A stretch of 64,000 bases of DNA from Fistulifera solaris (taxonomy: Eukaryota): NCBI GenBank assembly GCA_030295235.1, contig AP026152.1, positions 558,001-622,000 on the forward strand, read 5' to 3'. Shown here in pieces: positions 48,910 through 61,737 of this stretch. The position numbers were made by a program, and so were the translations under genes. Under the pieces are notes generated by a model. It was given only the letters and a program-made list of their open reading frames with translations, ran no database searches and was not told the DNA's origin. Within the stretch, counting starts at the first letter, position 1. Every line of letters starts with the position of its first letter.

Positions 48910-50430
48910 ATGTTCAGAGGCAGAGAATTTCCTCCTCACGACGGAAAACGGAAGGGATATTACGGAGATCACGATGGTTATACGGACCGTCGTTCTTGCG
49001 ATGACTCGAAGCGGTCTCGGCGAGGTGATTAATTATTTCAGCGATGATGACTCCCTTTCCATGAAAAAAATCCAATGATGCGCATCAATGAAGGGTTATC
49101 TCACCGTAATGATTACTTTCTCTTTCAAAGGCTACGATTTTCCGGATGAAAGAAATAGTGATAGTCACTACCTGCGTCGTGACTCACGAAATTACGACGA
49201 TTGGAAGTGCTTCGAGGTAATTCGGTTCTCTATTTGACACCACATATTGCTTTGTTTCTATATCTCGTCACTGATGATTTGTCCCGTTGACATACGAAGT
49301 GCTTGACGTGGAACTACCCGGACGACCTTCGCTGCAATCGTTGCGGTGAACATCGCCCCAATGAAGGAGACAACCAGCACTACCAGAAGTCCGAAAGATT
49401 CTATTCGGATGTCGTTCGAGAAGTTGATGAAACACAAGTAGATGAGTTTGGGAGGGCTGTAAAGAAAACAACCGAGAAACGAAACGCTCCAGAATGGCCT
49501 CCTTGTTTCGACTTGGCAGGATCAGCCTTCGTATTTGATGCCCGTTCGGGGATGTTTTACGAGGGCGTCAGCGACTTCTTTTACGACCCTAAAAGCAAGT
49601 TATACTATGGAAACAAGAAGGGAATATATTACAGATACAACAGCGACATGATTCCTCCTTTTGAGCCCGTGCAAGCTGTTAACAGCGAAACTGCAGGAAA
49701 GTCCAGTACCATGGACCCAGTGCCGATTCTAGACCCGTCACGACCGGAAAATGGAATCGAGGGGTCCAAGAAGAGCATCATGATCAAGTTGAAAACAAAG
49801 TCGCTGAAGAGTGCAAAGTCGAAACCGCAGGCACCTTCTACAGAAACACTGGGTGCGACTGTTGCGGTCACGCAGCCGCGCGTGCACAAACAGCACGAGT
49901 TAGACATTGACAAATGGTCGGATCGTCAAGTGGAAAAGCGGATCGAAGATCGACAGTTCCAGCGAACAGCCAAGGGTGAGCCAATGTGTCCTTTGTGCCG
50001 CCGTAAGTTTCCTTCGGTAGAAAAATTACTCCAGCATGAGAAGGTTTCGCAGCTCCACAAAGATAATCTGGCCAAGGCGGCTCAGGCCAAGAAGGAAAAA
50101 CCCTCTCAATACGTAGATCGCGCGGAGCAACGGCGGAGTATGTACGGCCCGGATGTTCCCGCATTACCGAAACGGGAACTTTCAACGGAATTAGCTGCGA
50201 TTTCGAACGAAACGGCGCCGGTCGTTGACAGTCTCGACAAGGAGTCGAATATTGGTAATCAACTTCTTCGTAAAATGGGATGGAAAGAAGGGGGTGCGGT
50301 AGGCGGTCGACCCGAAGGTTCGTCTGCTGCAGCCGGCCTGGTGAAGGACTGGGAACGAATTGAACAACTAGCGGAACAGGGAGGAAAAGATCGATCCGGG
50401 CGCAATGGAGGTGGCGTTGGCGCTTTGTAA
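48910..50430 (+). CDS. RBM5/RBM10-like protein: RanBP2 zinc finger, OCRE, C2H2 zinc finger, G-patch
   Basis: Exons 48910-49024, 49131-49216 and 49300-50430 give DWKCFE|CLTWNYPDDLRCNRC; OCRE FVFDARSGMFY..FFYDPKSKLYY; CPLCRRKF...HEKVSQLH; YVDRAEQRR; SNIGNQLLRKMGWKEG. Confidence 0.85.
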
Positions 50431-50488
50431 TGCCTGTTATATACCTAAGTTTTAAATTTACAAAAATCTACTCGTTCATCCTTGTGGT

Positions 50489-51202
50489 TTAAGTAGTTAA
50501 AAACAGTGTCATCAAACCTTTGGCGTACAAGAAAATCTCCTTTCCTCCCAGTTTCGATTCCCCATAAATTCGATCGACAAATGTGATGGGAACTTCTCCA
50601 ACGCGGTAGCCCGCCTTTTTCGCCAAAATAACAATTTCCATTTGAAAGGCATACCCCGTACAAGTCACTTTCGGCAGAATATGCTCAATCGCCTTGCGTT
50701 CATACAATCGAAAGCTCCCGGTCAAATCGGAAACACCTCCCGCATTTAACAGAAACGTGGCCAGCGTGTTGGCACCTTTGCTGACCACTTTGCGTTTCAA
50801 ATCCCATCCCGCCACACCTCCCCCGCGACGGTATCGTGTTCCACTGACAATTTCGACCTTGTCGCGGTCCATGACGTGGATCATTTCGGGAATGGCGCCG
50901 GGATGATGCGACAAATCGGCGTCCATGAGGATAATGCGATCGCCCTTGGCGACTTTCAAACCAGCAATATAGGCTGTGCCGAGTCCCAATTTGCCTTCAC
51001 GAGACACGATTTGTATCAATTCTTTGCCATACGATGATTGCAATTGTTGAGCGACCTCTAAAGTACCGTCCGGCGAAGCATCATCTACTACTACCACTTC
51101 AAAGGAGATATTTTTGGCGGAGAGTGTTTTGTGCAGCAAATAGAATATAATGGGTAAATTCTCCCGTTCATTGAACGTTGGCAGAATAATTGAGTATTTC
51201 AT
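50489..51202 (-). CDS. DPM1: Dolichol-phosphate mannosyltransferase subunit 1
   Basis: [49 protein letters not shown] and [12 protein letters not shown]. Confidence 0.95.
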   Translation of the reverse strand: MKYSIILPTFNERENLPIIFYLLHKTLSAKNISFEVVVVDDASPDGTLEVAQQLQSSYGKELIQIVSREGKLGLGTAYIAGLKVAKGDRIILMDADLSHHPGAIPEMIHVMDRDKVEIVSGTRYRRGGGVAGWDLKRKVVSKGANTLATFLLNAGGVSDLTGSFRLYERKAIEHILPKVTCTGYAFQMEIVILAKKAGYRVGEVPITFVDRIYGESKLGGKEIFLYAKGLMTLFLTT

Positions 51203-51569
51203 TGTGTTTTATTCTCTGCAGGGATAGATGTGTAATGATAATGTTTGAAGTCGTCGACAAAAGGAATGAAATGAAACGCATTGTTGCGTTGCTTCTCCGT
51301 CATGGTCAGTCGTTTGTCTTGTTGCGACGATCAATACGGTTCAAAAAATTGGGGGTTTTCGGAGATAAGGTTATCGTACCCAAAATTATGACGCGTTACG
51401 CACGACTTAAAGGCGTGACCGATCTATTAAAATGATCGATGGACTATTAAACAGTCAATCTCAATTAATCTGAATGAATCAAGCAAAAAACTCAATTGAA
51501 TAGAAAGGCTTTCCTTATATCCGACTAAGAATTGCAAAACAATGTGGCCGCCACCAGCGCTCAAGCTTG

Positions 51570-52360
51570 CCATCAATATTTCCAGATTTTCTGGAATTCA
51601 CGCAGAAGCGCTGTTCGTCGAAAAACGCCGTTTCCTGATTTTATGGAAGCAATACACCATTGCTGTATGATCCATACCACCGTCTCCAAATTTCCTGGAA
51701 CCAGCCCGAACCTATCTGTGAGACGAAAACATCTGGTCCAGAATTTCTGGACCAATCAAACAGAATTTCTGTATGACGAGATCACTATTTCCAGATTTTC
51801 TGGAATTCATGCAGAAACGCTGAAGACTTTTTCTCGGCTAAATTTCAGTCATGAGTCATGATAGATTGTTGCTGCCAAAAATTCAGGTCAGGGTTCATTT
51901 GATCATACATGATATTTGTGTACGTAACTAACAATCGAAATAGGGTGCATTTGATCATACCAGGTACAGGATATCTGTTTTAGTTCAAGCAAGGGGAAAT
52001 AAATAATACAGATATTTCTGTTCTTGTTCCAGAAAAACTGGACAAGGTGTGTTTCTTACAGAAGTTTGTGTGAGTTCCAGAAATTCTGTAATTAATGTGA
52101 TACGTAATACAGAAACTATGTATAAAAATTTTAGAAATTCTGAACAAGGTTGTCTATCATCGTAAAAGCTTACAGATATTCTGTGGTTCGTTCCAGGATC
52201 ATACTTACAGATATTTTGGGATGGTTCCAGAACATCTGAAGACGGTGGATTTCATCGTAAGTTACAGCAATTCTGTGTAAGTTCCAGAAAATCTGGAATC
52301 AATGTGATTCGTCACACAGAAATTCTGTATAATAGTTTTAGAAATTCTGGATAATCGGTG
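51570..52360. repeat. Degenerate palindromic minisatellite, two patches (51570-51810 and 52005-52360); same family as the other arrays
   Basis: Recurrent ttccagattttctggaa / ttccagaaaatctggaa and acagaaattctgt dyads at ~52 bp spacing. Confidence 0.8.
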
Positions 52361-52935
52361 TCTAATGTTTGTTGAGAGTCTTCGAAGTCCCATTTTTCTG
52401 TCAGTATCGTTTAAATCAAGCACTTTGATTCATATGTTGTTGATTTGTTGAGAGATTTGAAATAGCTTATATTTATTTCCATTTTGTTTGCTCCAAATTT
52501 TCCCTTGACTGAGCATAGGGAGCGATGCGATCCAGTCGCGAATGTGTCTGCCGGTCGACGGGGCTGCGTCAAACCGATCTTGCTAGCGCGCGAGCCTGTC
52601 TTTCCCACTTCAAGGGAAAATTCCAGGTTGCCATAGTTGAGAATGCGTTGGGTTGTCGAGACTGAGCTCGAAAGTACCGAGCGCGCAACGCAGTCACTCA
52701 CGAAAGTGGAGCCATGATGCAGGGTACTCTCCATCCAAGAGTACAATGTTCTACGGTTGGAGGGAAAAATACGATGCCGCCACTCACACAGCTCATCACG
52801 TTTTTCCCTTCATTCGAAATTTATTCTTCTTCTTGTTGTCATCTCTTTTGTCTACGGTTGCTGTGATCCCCTTGATCCGGCTGTCTCCCATTCATTTGTT
52901 GAGTAAAGGAAGCTTCCGAGAAGACATCAAAAGAA

Positions 52936-54756
52936 ATGGTGGACGCATCAAGTATGACGATGCTTCATGCAAACGATGCTACTTCGACTACCGCAAACGA
53001 GACATTTGACAAATTAGAACCAACCAACAACTCAAGCTTTCCTCAAACGCCCGAGACTAAATCAATTGCTACAGCAGAGAGTGAAAATACGGCAAAGACG
53101 GCGTATACAACTGACACGGAGTCGTCGTCCGCCCTGCAAAATGCAAAGACATACAACAAATCGTTTGACGAAGACGACGAAGAAGAGGAAGAAAAAACGA
53201 CCGAAGTCGATGCACATTTCTATCCACATTACGAAATTGTTTCGCGCTGGAGTGATTTAACGCAGAAACGACTCGATCTCTGTCGACAGCGTGTCGATCT
53301 TGAACAGCGCTTATTTGAATTTGCCGAACTACGACAACATCGCGATCGTAGTGAAAAGACGTGGCATTCGTTTCGTGATCCGCGCGAAGAAGAAACGCAC
53401 GATCCATCTGCGTTTTTTACAGAAGAAAGTTCGTTGCGTCAACCGGATCCGGTTTCTCCGACGACCGAAAAACCGTCCGCGTACCCGACACTGTGTTCCG
53501 TGCGTTGGGAGACGGTCCATTTTCCCGATGGTCAGATTTATGAAGGACAAGTCTTGGTATTACTGAAACGGAGTCAAGCAGAGCAGGAGGTGGAAGAGAA
53601 GAAATCGAGGCGAGGATTGTTCGGTGGTGGCGGCGGAAAAGAGAAAAAGAGCAAACAGGTGCGTGTGGTTTCTTTGAAAGACGTAGAGTCTGCGATAGCT
53701 GCAAACATTTCTCACACCTCTCTTTTACAACAGAGTCCCAAAATTGTGACGACGACAGAGTGGATCCGCCACGGTCATGGCTACAATCGGTGGCCGGATG
53801 GACAAGTGTATCGCGGCGCTTGGCACTGGAACAGTCGGCACGGCCGAGGCACGCACGCGTGGCCCGATGGCCGAACGGTCACCGGCTCGTGGCAATCGGG
53901 ACATTTACACGGTCGGATCTTCTTTTCGTGGCCGGATGATAGTACCTTTGATGGAAACTCAGTTTTGGGAAAGAAACATGGCCGAGGTGTGCATACGTGG
54001 AACGGAGGGAAGCGAGTCTATTCTGGAGAGTATGAAAGTGGTTATGAACAAGGATTCGGATGTCTGGTCGAGCAAGAAGGAGGTGTCGATGATGAAAATG
54101 GCTCGCAAATCCGATATCGTGGCAATTTCAAAGCTGGAAGACGTCATGGATACGGTGTCCAAGTGTGGAGCGACAAAACATACGATGGCGACTGGGAAGC
54201 CAATGTGGTGCATGGAAGAGGTAAACTGACATGGCACAGTACTGGCGCAAGCTACACGGGTGATTTTCGAGCTGGTCGCTACCACGGAATGGGAAGCTAT
54301 CAGCACCCTACCGGACGAAAATATGTTGGTCAGTGGTACAAAGGCCGAAAAAATGGAACCGGAGTACAGTGCTGGCCGAACGGAGCCATGTACAGCGGTC
54401 TATACTGGCGTGGAAAGCGTCATGGATACGGTGGTATGGTCTACGCTGACGGAAGCTTGTACAAAGGAGGTTGGAAGAAAGGACGACGTAGCGGATTTGG
54501 GATCAACATCTCTTCGAACGGTCGAGTCATCCACTGTGGTTTATGGAGTAATAATCAACCCGTGCCCTTGCCGGAATTTCCTTTGGAGAGACCTTTATTT
54601 GGCAAGGGCAGCAGTGCCGACGATCAGTTTCTCCTTTTAAAAACTCCTCTCCGTCCGGTATCTTCGTGGAATGAAGCGGAACTTGCCCTGGATCGAAAGT
54701 ATTTCCCCAGTGACGAGAACGTACCGGTGTCACGACAATTGTTCGCTGTGTTATGA
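52936..54756 (+). CDS. MORN-repeat protein
   Basis: About 11 Y.G.W..G.RHG.G repeats after a low-complexity N-terminus. Confidence 0.9.
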   Translation: MVDASSMTMLHANDATSTTANETFDKLEPTNNSSFPQTPETKSIATAESENTAKTAYTTDTESSSALQNAKTYNKSFDEDDEEEEEKTTEVDAHFYPHYEIVSRWSDLTQKRLDLCRQRVDLEQRLFEFAELRQHRDRSEKTWHSFRDPREEETHDPSAFFTEESSLRQPDPVSPTTEKPSAYPTLCSVRWETVHFPDGQIYEGQVLVLLKRSQAEQEVEEKKSRRGLFGGGGGKEKKSKQVRVVSLKDVESAIAANISHTSLLQQSPKIVTTTEWIRHGHGYNRWPDGQVYRGAWHWNSRHGRGTHAWPDGRTVTGSWQSGHLHGRIFFSWPDDSTFDGNSVLGKKHGRGVHTWNGGKRVYSGEYESGYEQGFGCLVEQEGGVDDENGSQIRYRGNFKAGRRHGYGVQVWSDKTYDGDWEANVVHGRGKLTWHSTGASYTGDFRAGRYHGMGSYQHPTGRKYVGQWYKGRKNGTGVQCWPNGAMYSGLYWRGKRHGYGGMVYADGSLYKGGWKKGRRSGFGINISSNGRVIHCGLWSNNQPVPLPEFPLERPLFGKGSSADDQFLLLKTPLRPVSSWNEAELALDRKYFPSDENVPVSRQLFAVL

Positions 54757-55091
54757 TAGCAAAAGTAAGTTTGTCAAAGGAACGACGGCCCGATCTTGCA
54801 CCGCCATGTCGAAGATGATGTCAACAGCTTGCACATCAAGAGCGGGCTTTCTAGAGTTTGAATCATAGCCTATTTCTTGAAGAGATAGAAATAATGAGTT
54901 TAAGCTTTACTAATAAAACCACCTTTCTTTTCTAGCATGTTGGTCTGCATGAGTTTTCGTTCCTTTGAGATTGTCACTCTATTCACCCTTGGAGTTCGGA
55001 GGTGCGATGAATCATGAACATTTGCGGCTTGTCGCGATCGCACTGTCACAACCAGCCCTCTGGTAATGGCGAGTCTTATCTTTTTAGACTT

Positions 55092-55598
55092 CTACAAATC
55101 AGGAAGTTGGATGATTGGATTTTCCACTAATTCCGGGAAATTCTGTATGATGAAAGCGATGGTGATGATAAAGACCGAAATGAAGCCGATCCAGTTCTGA
55201 CGATACGGGCTTAATATTTCACCCCATAACTTTTCATCCGGCACTTGCTTTCCAGACTGACGAGCCGCAATACGAGCGGCTTCCCGCTCTTGTTCACGCT
55301 TCAAGGCTTCTTCGTCCACCCAGTAATCTTGACCTTTTTCTTTGGCGTTGCTGGAGATCAAAGGACGACTTTCCGATTGTTCCCAAAACGCTGCATCTTC
55401 TGGAGATCGACCCGTCAGCAAATCTCTCACACGGTTCCTTCTCTTCTTAAGATCGCGTCGGGCTTTACGAGGAGGTGGCGCAGAAAAGAGAGTTGTGGAA
55501 GGTAGGAGCGCGTTGGGCTTGTTTGTCGAGTCAACAAAAGCTGTTGCTTTCGCTGCAAAGCATGCGAGAACCAGGGCGGTAATCTCAAAAGTTCGCAT
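55092..55598 (-). CDS. Hypothetical plastid-targeted protein with C-terminal TM helix
   Basis: ATA-FV presequence; DYWVD, PYRQNWIG and FPEL...IQLPDL. Confidence 0.7.
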   Translation of the reverse strand: MRTFEITALVLACFAAKATAFVDSTNKPNALLPSTTLFSAPPPRKARRDLKKRRNRVRDLLTGRSPEDAAFWEQSESRPLISSNAKEKGQDYWVDEEALKREQEREAARIAARQSGKQVPDEKLWGEILSPYRQNWIGFISVFIITIAFIIQNFPELVENPIIQLPDL

Positions 55599-56302
55599 AA
55601 CGAAAATCGGGTGCTGTGTTGTAAATTGTTTCAGAAGTTTGTCAATCAAATCCTTTTGCGCTTCGTTATTGTTATTATTTATTTAAAAAGAAGATGCCGT
55701 CAAACAAAATGTCTGTGTCAGCCTTATTTTTGTCAGTGCGATTTTGATTGCGCGAGAAGCGAGGATGAGAAACAAAACGCGGAAGCATGACAAACGTCAT
55801 TAGCCTTATCCTTAACGTTTTATCAACCCTTTGATTGTACAGTGTACAGTTGATGAATCAGCGAATCAACAATATATTCAGTCCCGGAAAATATCGATGG
55901 TAACTAACTCTTCAATTCAATAAGAAAATCATAAATTCACTCAACAAATGCGCGTAAGATCCATCTCGCGCTCTCTCATCGATGCCCACTAGTAGCTTGC
56001 AACAAGAAACTTCTACGGGAAAATCAAATTCAAGGCTTGGAGACAATACTTCCAAGATTCCGTCACATCATTCAACGAAAAAGAAGGCGAGATGCTGTCG
56101 AGATATAAAGCTTACCGTTTTGTTTCATGACAGTTGTTGGCTGGTACCTGACAGTTGTGGTCCGCACTTGCCGTTCTTTTTTTTATTTTAAAAAAGAATT
56201 TCTTGGTTTTTCTTTCACGGCATGTTTACGGATTAATTGTTCTTTGTTCTTCTGGGCTTTGGGCCTCTCTTCTATTTGCTTCCGATTCCGAGAGGTGAGA
56301 GA

Positions 56303-56537
56303 CTCATGGCTCATGGCTCATGGCTCATGGCATTGCTTATGTTTAGCGCGAACAACAGCATCGCATTTCAAAGAAAAGTAGATGATTTGGCTCTCTCTCT
56401 AGTCTCTAGTTTCTCTAATCAAGGTATCTAAGTCTAAGATCTATGAATGACCCCAGGAGCCGGGAGCCTGGAGTCTCTGCTCTTTAGATGTTAGATCTTG
56501 GATTTCGGCTTTCGGACTTCCGACTTCCGACTTCGGA
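56303..56537. repeat. Cluster of heptamer microsatellites
   Basis: (ctcatgg)x4 at 56303-56330 and about 5 tt(c)(c/g)gac units at ~56503-56537. Confidence 0.75.
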
Positions 56538-57227
56538 CAATCGGCTTCCGTAGTTCTGAGTTCTGGTCATTTCTCGCTTATCAGTTTCTCGCTCTGTGCT
56601 TTTTGTTCTTGATTTCGTGCCTCGTTTTGGCTTGCGGCAGATGGCAGCAGCTGGCAAGATCATGACGACGATGGATTCTAGCTGCTGATTGGGCACCTAT
56701 CAGCTGTCGGCCGTGTTCCATGGAAAATGACTTCTGTCGTTTTCAGAGTTCAATGTCGAACTATGTCTTTTTCGACTGAAGTGTCGAACAGGAAGTAGAC
56801 CTAAGGATAAAAGAATTTGGACTTTTGCATAGATTTATCTTTGCGTGTCTGGTTTCTGATGTGTGATCTATGCCTTGTTGTCTCGTTTTCCTGTTCCCTG
56901 TCGGAGTTCCAAGTTCGTATCCATTCTCCGTAATCCACGATCTCACTATGAAACTGTACTCGAAAATGATTTAAGTCTCAAGGGCGATTTGGATACTATC
57001 TTCAATTAGTAAATAAAGTAAGGTTCTAAGTTCTAATTTTCAACGGCTTGGACCTTGGACATCGTAGCAATTCTAAAGTCATCGGTCATCTGAAAATGCT
57101 AGATTCGCCCTCCAAATGAAGTGATTCGCCCAGCCACCCATCATCCATCATTATTTGACGACAAAAACTTCTCATAAAAATTGTTCTTTCCGATCAATGC
57201 ATTTGATCTGACGCCTCAAAAAGCAGC

Positions 57228-60200
57228 ATGTTCCCGCAACAAATTCGATTTGATTCTTCTGAATCGTCTCGGTCTCTCTCTTCAAAGCACGACGGTGAAA
57301 GCACTTCCGACCCGTCGCAGTCGGAACAACACCACTGGACGTTCCGACGGTTCTACATCCAACGGAAGCTTCACCAAGGATGAAACGAGAGCCGTCAACC
57401 GCACAAAGGCGCTTGTTTATATATGTCTACTTCTTGCTGGCGTTGCTATATCCGTTGCGGCGTATTTCTTCAGCGAAAAACAAAGGACAAAACGATTTCA
57501 AGCAGAGGTATGTAAAACAGTTATTGTCGTCTCAAACACTGTTTTCGACAAATAAGTGCAAGTCCTCTCACGCTTCATCTTGGGCGCCAGTTTCGTGAAT
57601 TTAGCAGCTGAAATCATCGACGTCTCCCGAAACAAATGTAGACAACACAGTAGGCCAAGTTCATAGTCTGGCAATCAGTATTTCTTCGCATGCGACCGCA
57701 ATGAATCAAGATGCTACATGGCCGAACGTTACCCTCCCTCACTTCCTTGAGCGCGTTAGTGACGCAGTAACTCTGACCGGATCCGAGCTCTTTGGATTTA
57801 CACCCATCGTCCCTGTAGCACAGAAATCCTCCTTTGAGATATACGCTGCTGCCGAGTGGATCAACAATTACGTGGGTGAAATTCCTTCTGAAATCCACAA
57901 TGTCGACGGTGAAGCCACGGTTGGCATGTCGCAACAAGGTTTCTATGCTCCACTGTGGCAAGTCGCACCCCAAGGCGATCTGGACATCATACTTCTCGAC
58001 ATGACAACGTTTCCCTGGTTCCAGCAGCTGGAGATGGATGTTCTCGAGGTCCATCACGCCGTCATATCAGGCATTGTTGATGTTGAATACTTGCTGGAAG
58101 CGACCCGGTCAATCGAGCTGATGGAGTGGCATCCACGCTCTGTCATTATGCAAGACATTCCGAAGAGCATAGGAACCAGCGAAAACGCCACACACACTGA
58201 TATTAGCTACGAGTCCGGTGGCTTTGTTTTCGCTGTATTGCCTGGGAGCGGTTCTTCCGAAATGTCACACCCCACCTAATTGCACGGGTTCTTAGTCGAA
58301 GTCAATGATCATTGTGGATCGGTCGTCACTTACAAGATCGACGGACACGAAGCCACCGTTGTAGGAAATGGAAACCTACACGACTCCAAATACGATTACC
58401 TGCATTTGGATAGCGATTTCGCTGGCTCCACTAGATATGACGGAACAGACTCATCCGGTGCTCATTGCTACTACGTCATCGATGTATACCCGACGGACGA
58501 GCTCAAGGAGCTGTACACGACGCATACCCCCGATCTTGTTTGGCGTCGGCTATTTTGGGCGTTTTCCTCTTTACTATCGGTATCTTCTTCTGCTACAACT
58601 GTGCCGTTGAGAAGCGCCAGAGACGCATAGCGAGTATCGCCAAGCCGCATTTAACAACATTGTCAAGTCGCTCTTCCCCAAGAACGCATACAAGAACGCA
58701 TCATGGCAGAGGCAATTGAAGAGGCCGAAAAAGCAGAACAGGCTGGAAAACTCAAGGGGAAGGGGAGCGTACCATGTCAGCGTGAAAGACCGACTTAAAG
58801 AAACACTAACCAGCTCCTTACAAGGTGACGGCAGCGATCACGCATATAAAAATGTACCACCAATTGCGGATCTTTTCCCTTCCACGACAATCATGGTAGG
58901 TAGCATCAAAGACGTCCTACTTTGCTCGTTTACTATGTCAACATGTCTCAACCAGTCCGCCTTTTTGATCTTCTCGTAAACAGTTCGCAGATCTGGTTGG
59001 TACGTTGATGGCCGAATAGCATGAAATGATCAACGTGATTTGTCCGTCAACTCACATTATTTGCACCCTTCTTCTGATTCAACAGGTTTCACTGCTTGGA
59101 GTTCGATGCGAGAGCCTGCCAGAGTTCGATTTGATCGCACATAAAAGACGAAGTCTTCAAGGTCGAGACTGTTGGAGACTGCTACGTCAGCGTGGTGGTC
59201 TTCCGGATCCTCGTCGTGACCATGCTGTTGCCATGGCCCGTTTAGCCAGAGACTGTCGTGCTTGCATGTTGTCGCTGATGACACAGCTTGAAGTAACATT
59301 GGGGCCCGACACCGGAGAGCTCGGATTGAGAATCGGATTGCACAGTGGACCAGTGACGGTAAGTCCATTGAATGCACATTGTACCTATCAGCTTGAATTG
59401 AAGTTTTCGCTAATACGCCCCTCGCTTATTCAAACCATAAACAGGGAGGCGTTCTTCAGCGGTGACAAGGCACGCCTTCCAGCTTTTCGGAGACACTATG
59501 AATACCACCGCTCGCATCGAAACAACGGGAAAGAAAAACATGATCCACATCTCCTAAACGACGGCCAACATCTTGCAAGCATTCGGAAAAGGTCACTGGA
59601 CTAAACTGCGCGAAGACAAGGTCAATGCCAAAGGCAAAGGAGAAATGACCACGTACTGGCTCGTCAAGACGGACGGCCCAAAGTCGACATCCTCCGAATT
59701 TCGTCCAGCCGAAGGTACCGGAACGGGCCAAGATGACGATGCCAACAGTGTGAACGCCAGAGCTGTTTTTCAAGTGGAAGAAAATCATGTTGCAGATTCC
59801 AACGTCTTAACCGACAAGGCCCTGCGTTTGGTGAAGTGGAACTCGGACGTCATCGGAAGGATTCTCAAGGATGTCATGCAACGACGACAAGCACTGAATG
59901 TCTCTGCCGATCTCGAAGCAGTCCGACGACTCGAAAAGGACTCTTCCATCGGACATGTATTCGACGAGATCACCGAAGTTCTAAACCTTCCGAAATTGAC
60001 GAGGCAACGGCACGACAGAACGCACTGAACCCCATCACGTTAGATCCGAAGGCAGCCCAGCAACTCGAGGCGTACGTCCACGCGATCGCTACCTTGTACC
60101 ATGACAACCCGTTCCACAACTTTGAGCACGTCAGTCATGTCATCATGTCGGTTACCAAACTGTTCTCACGAATCGTGGCGCCAGAGGTCTCCGGAGATAA

Positions 60201-61001
60201 TCGTGCCCTCCACGATCACACCTACGGTATCACGTCGGATCCACTGACACATTTCGCCGCTGTCTTTGCAGCTCTCATTCATGATGTAGACCACCAGGGT
60301 GTGACCAATGCTACTCTCGTCGACGAAAACAATCCCCTCGCCACCGTCTACAACAACAAGAGCGCTCGCCGAGCAGAACTCGGTGGACATTGCCTGGTCG
60401 CTCCTCATGGACGATGCGTTCATTGATTTCCGCAACTGCATCTACACGACCCCCGGCGGAGTATCGCCATTTCCGGCAGCTCATTGTCAACTTGGTCATG
60501 GCGACGGACATCATGGACAAGTCTTTGAGTCAGGCTCGTAAGGATCGCTGGGCCACGGCTTTTTCTGACAGCAGCGACGAGTACGGTAGTTCGTTGAATA
60601 CCATGGAGGAAGAAATCGAAAGAAACGTCAATCGCAAGGCGACCATCGTCCTTGAGCATGTCATTCAGGCGTCCGATGTCTCCCACACAATGCAACACTG
60701 GCATATCTACCGCAAATGGAACGCGCGTCTCTTTGAAGAGATGATGAAGGCCTACCGTCAAGGACGCACGCAAGTTAATCCTGCCGATCGTTGGTATGAG
60801 GGAGAGAAGGGCTTCTTCGACTTTTACATCATTCCTCTCGCGAAGAAGCTGAAGGATTGCGGCGTGTTTGGTGTTTCGAGCGAAGAGTACTTGAATTATG
60901 CTGAAACGAATCGTAAAGAATGGGAAGCAAAGGGTGAAGCTCTTGTTGCAGAGATGATTGCCAAGTTTCAGGAGGATCCATTTCCCTCCAATGACCCATG
61001 A
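57228..61001 (+). CDS. Receptor-type nucleotide cyclase - cyclic nucleotide phosphodiesterase fusion; many frameshifts, possibly a pseudogene
   Basis: TM, sensor region (TWPNVTLPHF, YAPLWQVAP), TM, cyclase (IADLFPSTTIM|FADLV|GFTAWSS, FKVETVGDCY, RIGLHSGPVT, QLFGDTMNT), then PDE (NPFHNFEH, HDVDHQGVTN, EQNS, ATD, ASDVSH). Confidence 0.85.
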
Positions 61002-61737
61002 AGGAAATAATTTGTTGTTTAACTCACTAGTTAAAATTGGTAGAACTCATTTTAACCTTTTCAAGCCAAATGCACAATCATTTTGTCCGTTTGTCAACGC
61101 ATTTCAGAATTGACTTGCTTTTGTAGAAGCTCGATCGTCAAACGAACAAATCGAGGATGTTCAAGCATCTGTTTCAACACGCCTTCTCCTTTTGATCATT
61201 CATGAATTTCTCCTTTTGATTCATTCATGAATTTCTCAGTATAGTATTGTGATCATTATTGTGTTGAGCGGCTGTCGTTGTCATTGTCGCATCAATGAGC
61301 GCGACCGTAAACCTTTCCAAAAAAATTCTGGAAAACGATGTGTGTCGAATGCAGATATTCTGTTTGTGTTCCAGATCAAAAACTGTGCAATGCTTCATGA
61401 CTGAATTCAGTCGTGGGAAAGGTAACATACACTTTGCTTTATAGTGAGAGATTGAATTCAAAGCCGCGAGAATTTACGATAAAATCAATTGAGGCATGCA
61501 CTAAAATTTTTGCTATAGTTGACTTCTTTGTGTTACCAACAAGTGTTCAGCTTGTAAAATTAGTAAGATGAACGAAAGTAAGACAGAAGAATGGCTTGAA
61601 AGAGCCCTTTTGTTTATGCAGTTGTGGTGAGAAGTCGCAAACACTTTAAATCTATAGTGAATGAAGCCTTATACAAAGCTTGTGATACTAGAAAGTTGAA
61701 AATGAAGGAATAGATGTTAGAAGTCTAATGAAGATTG

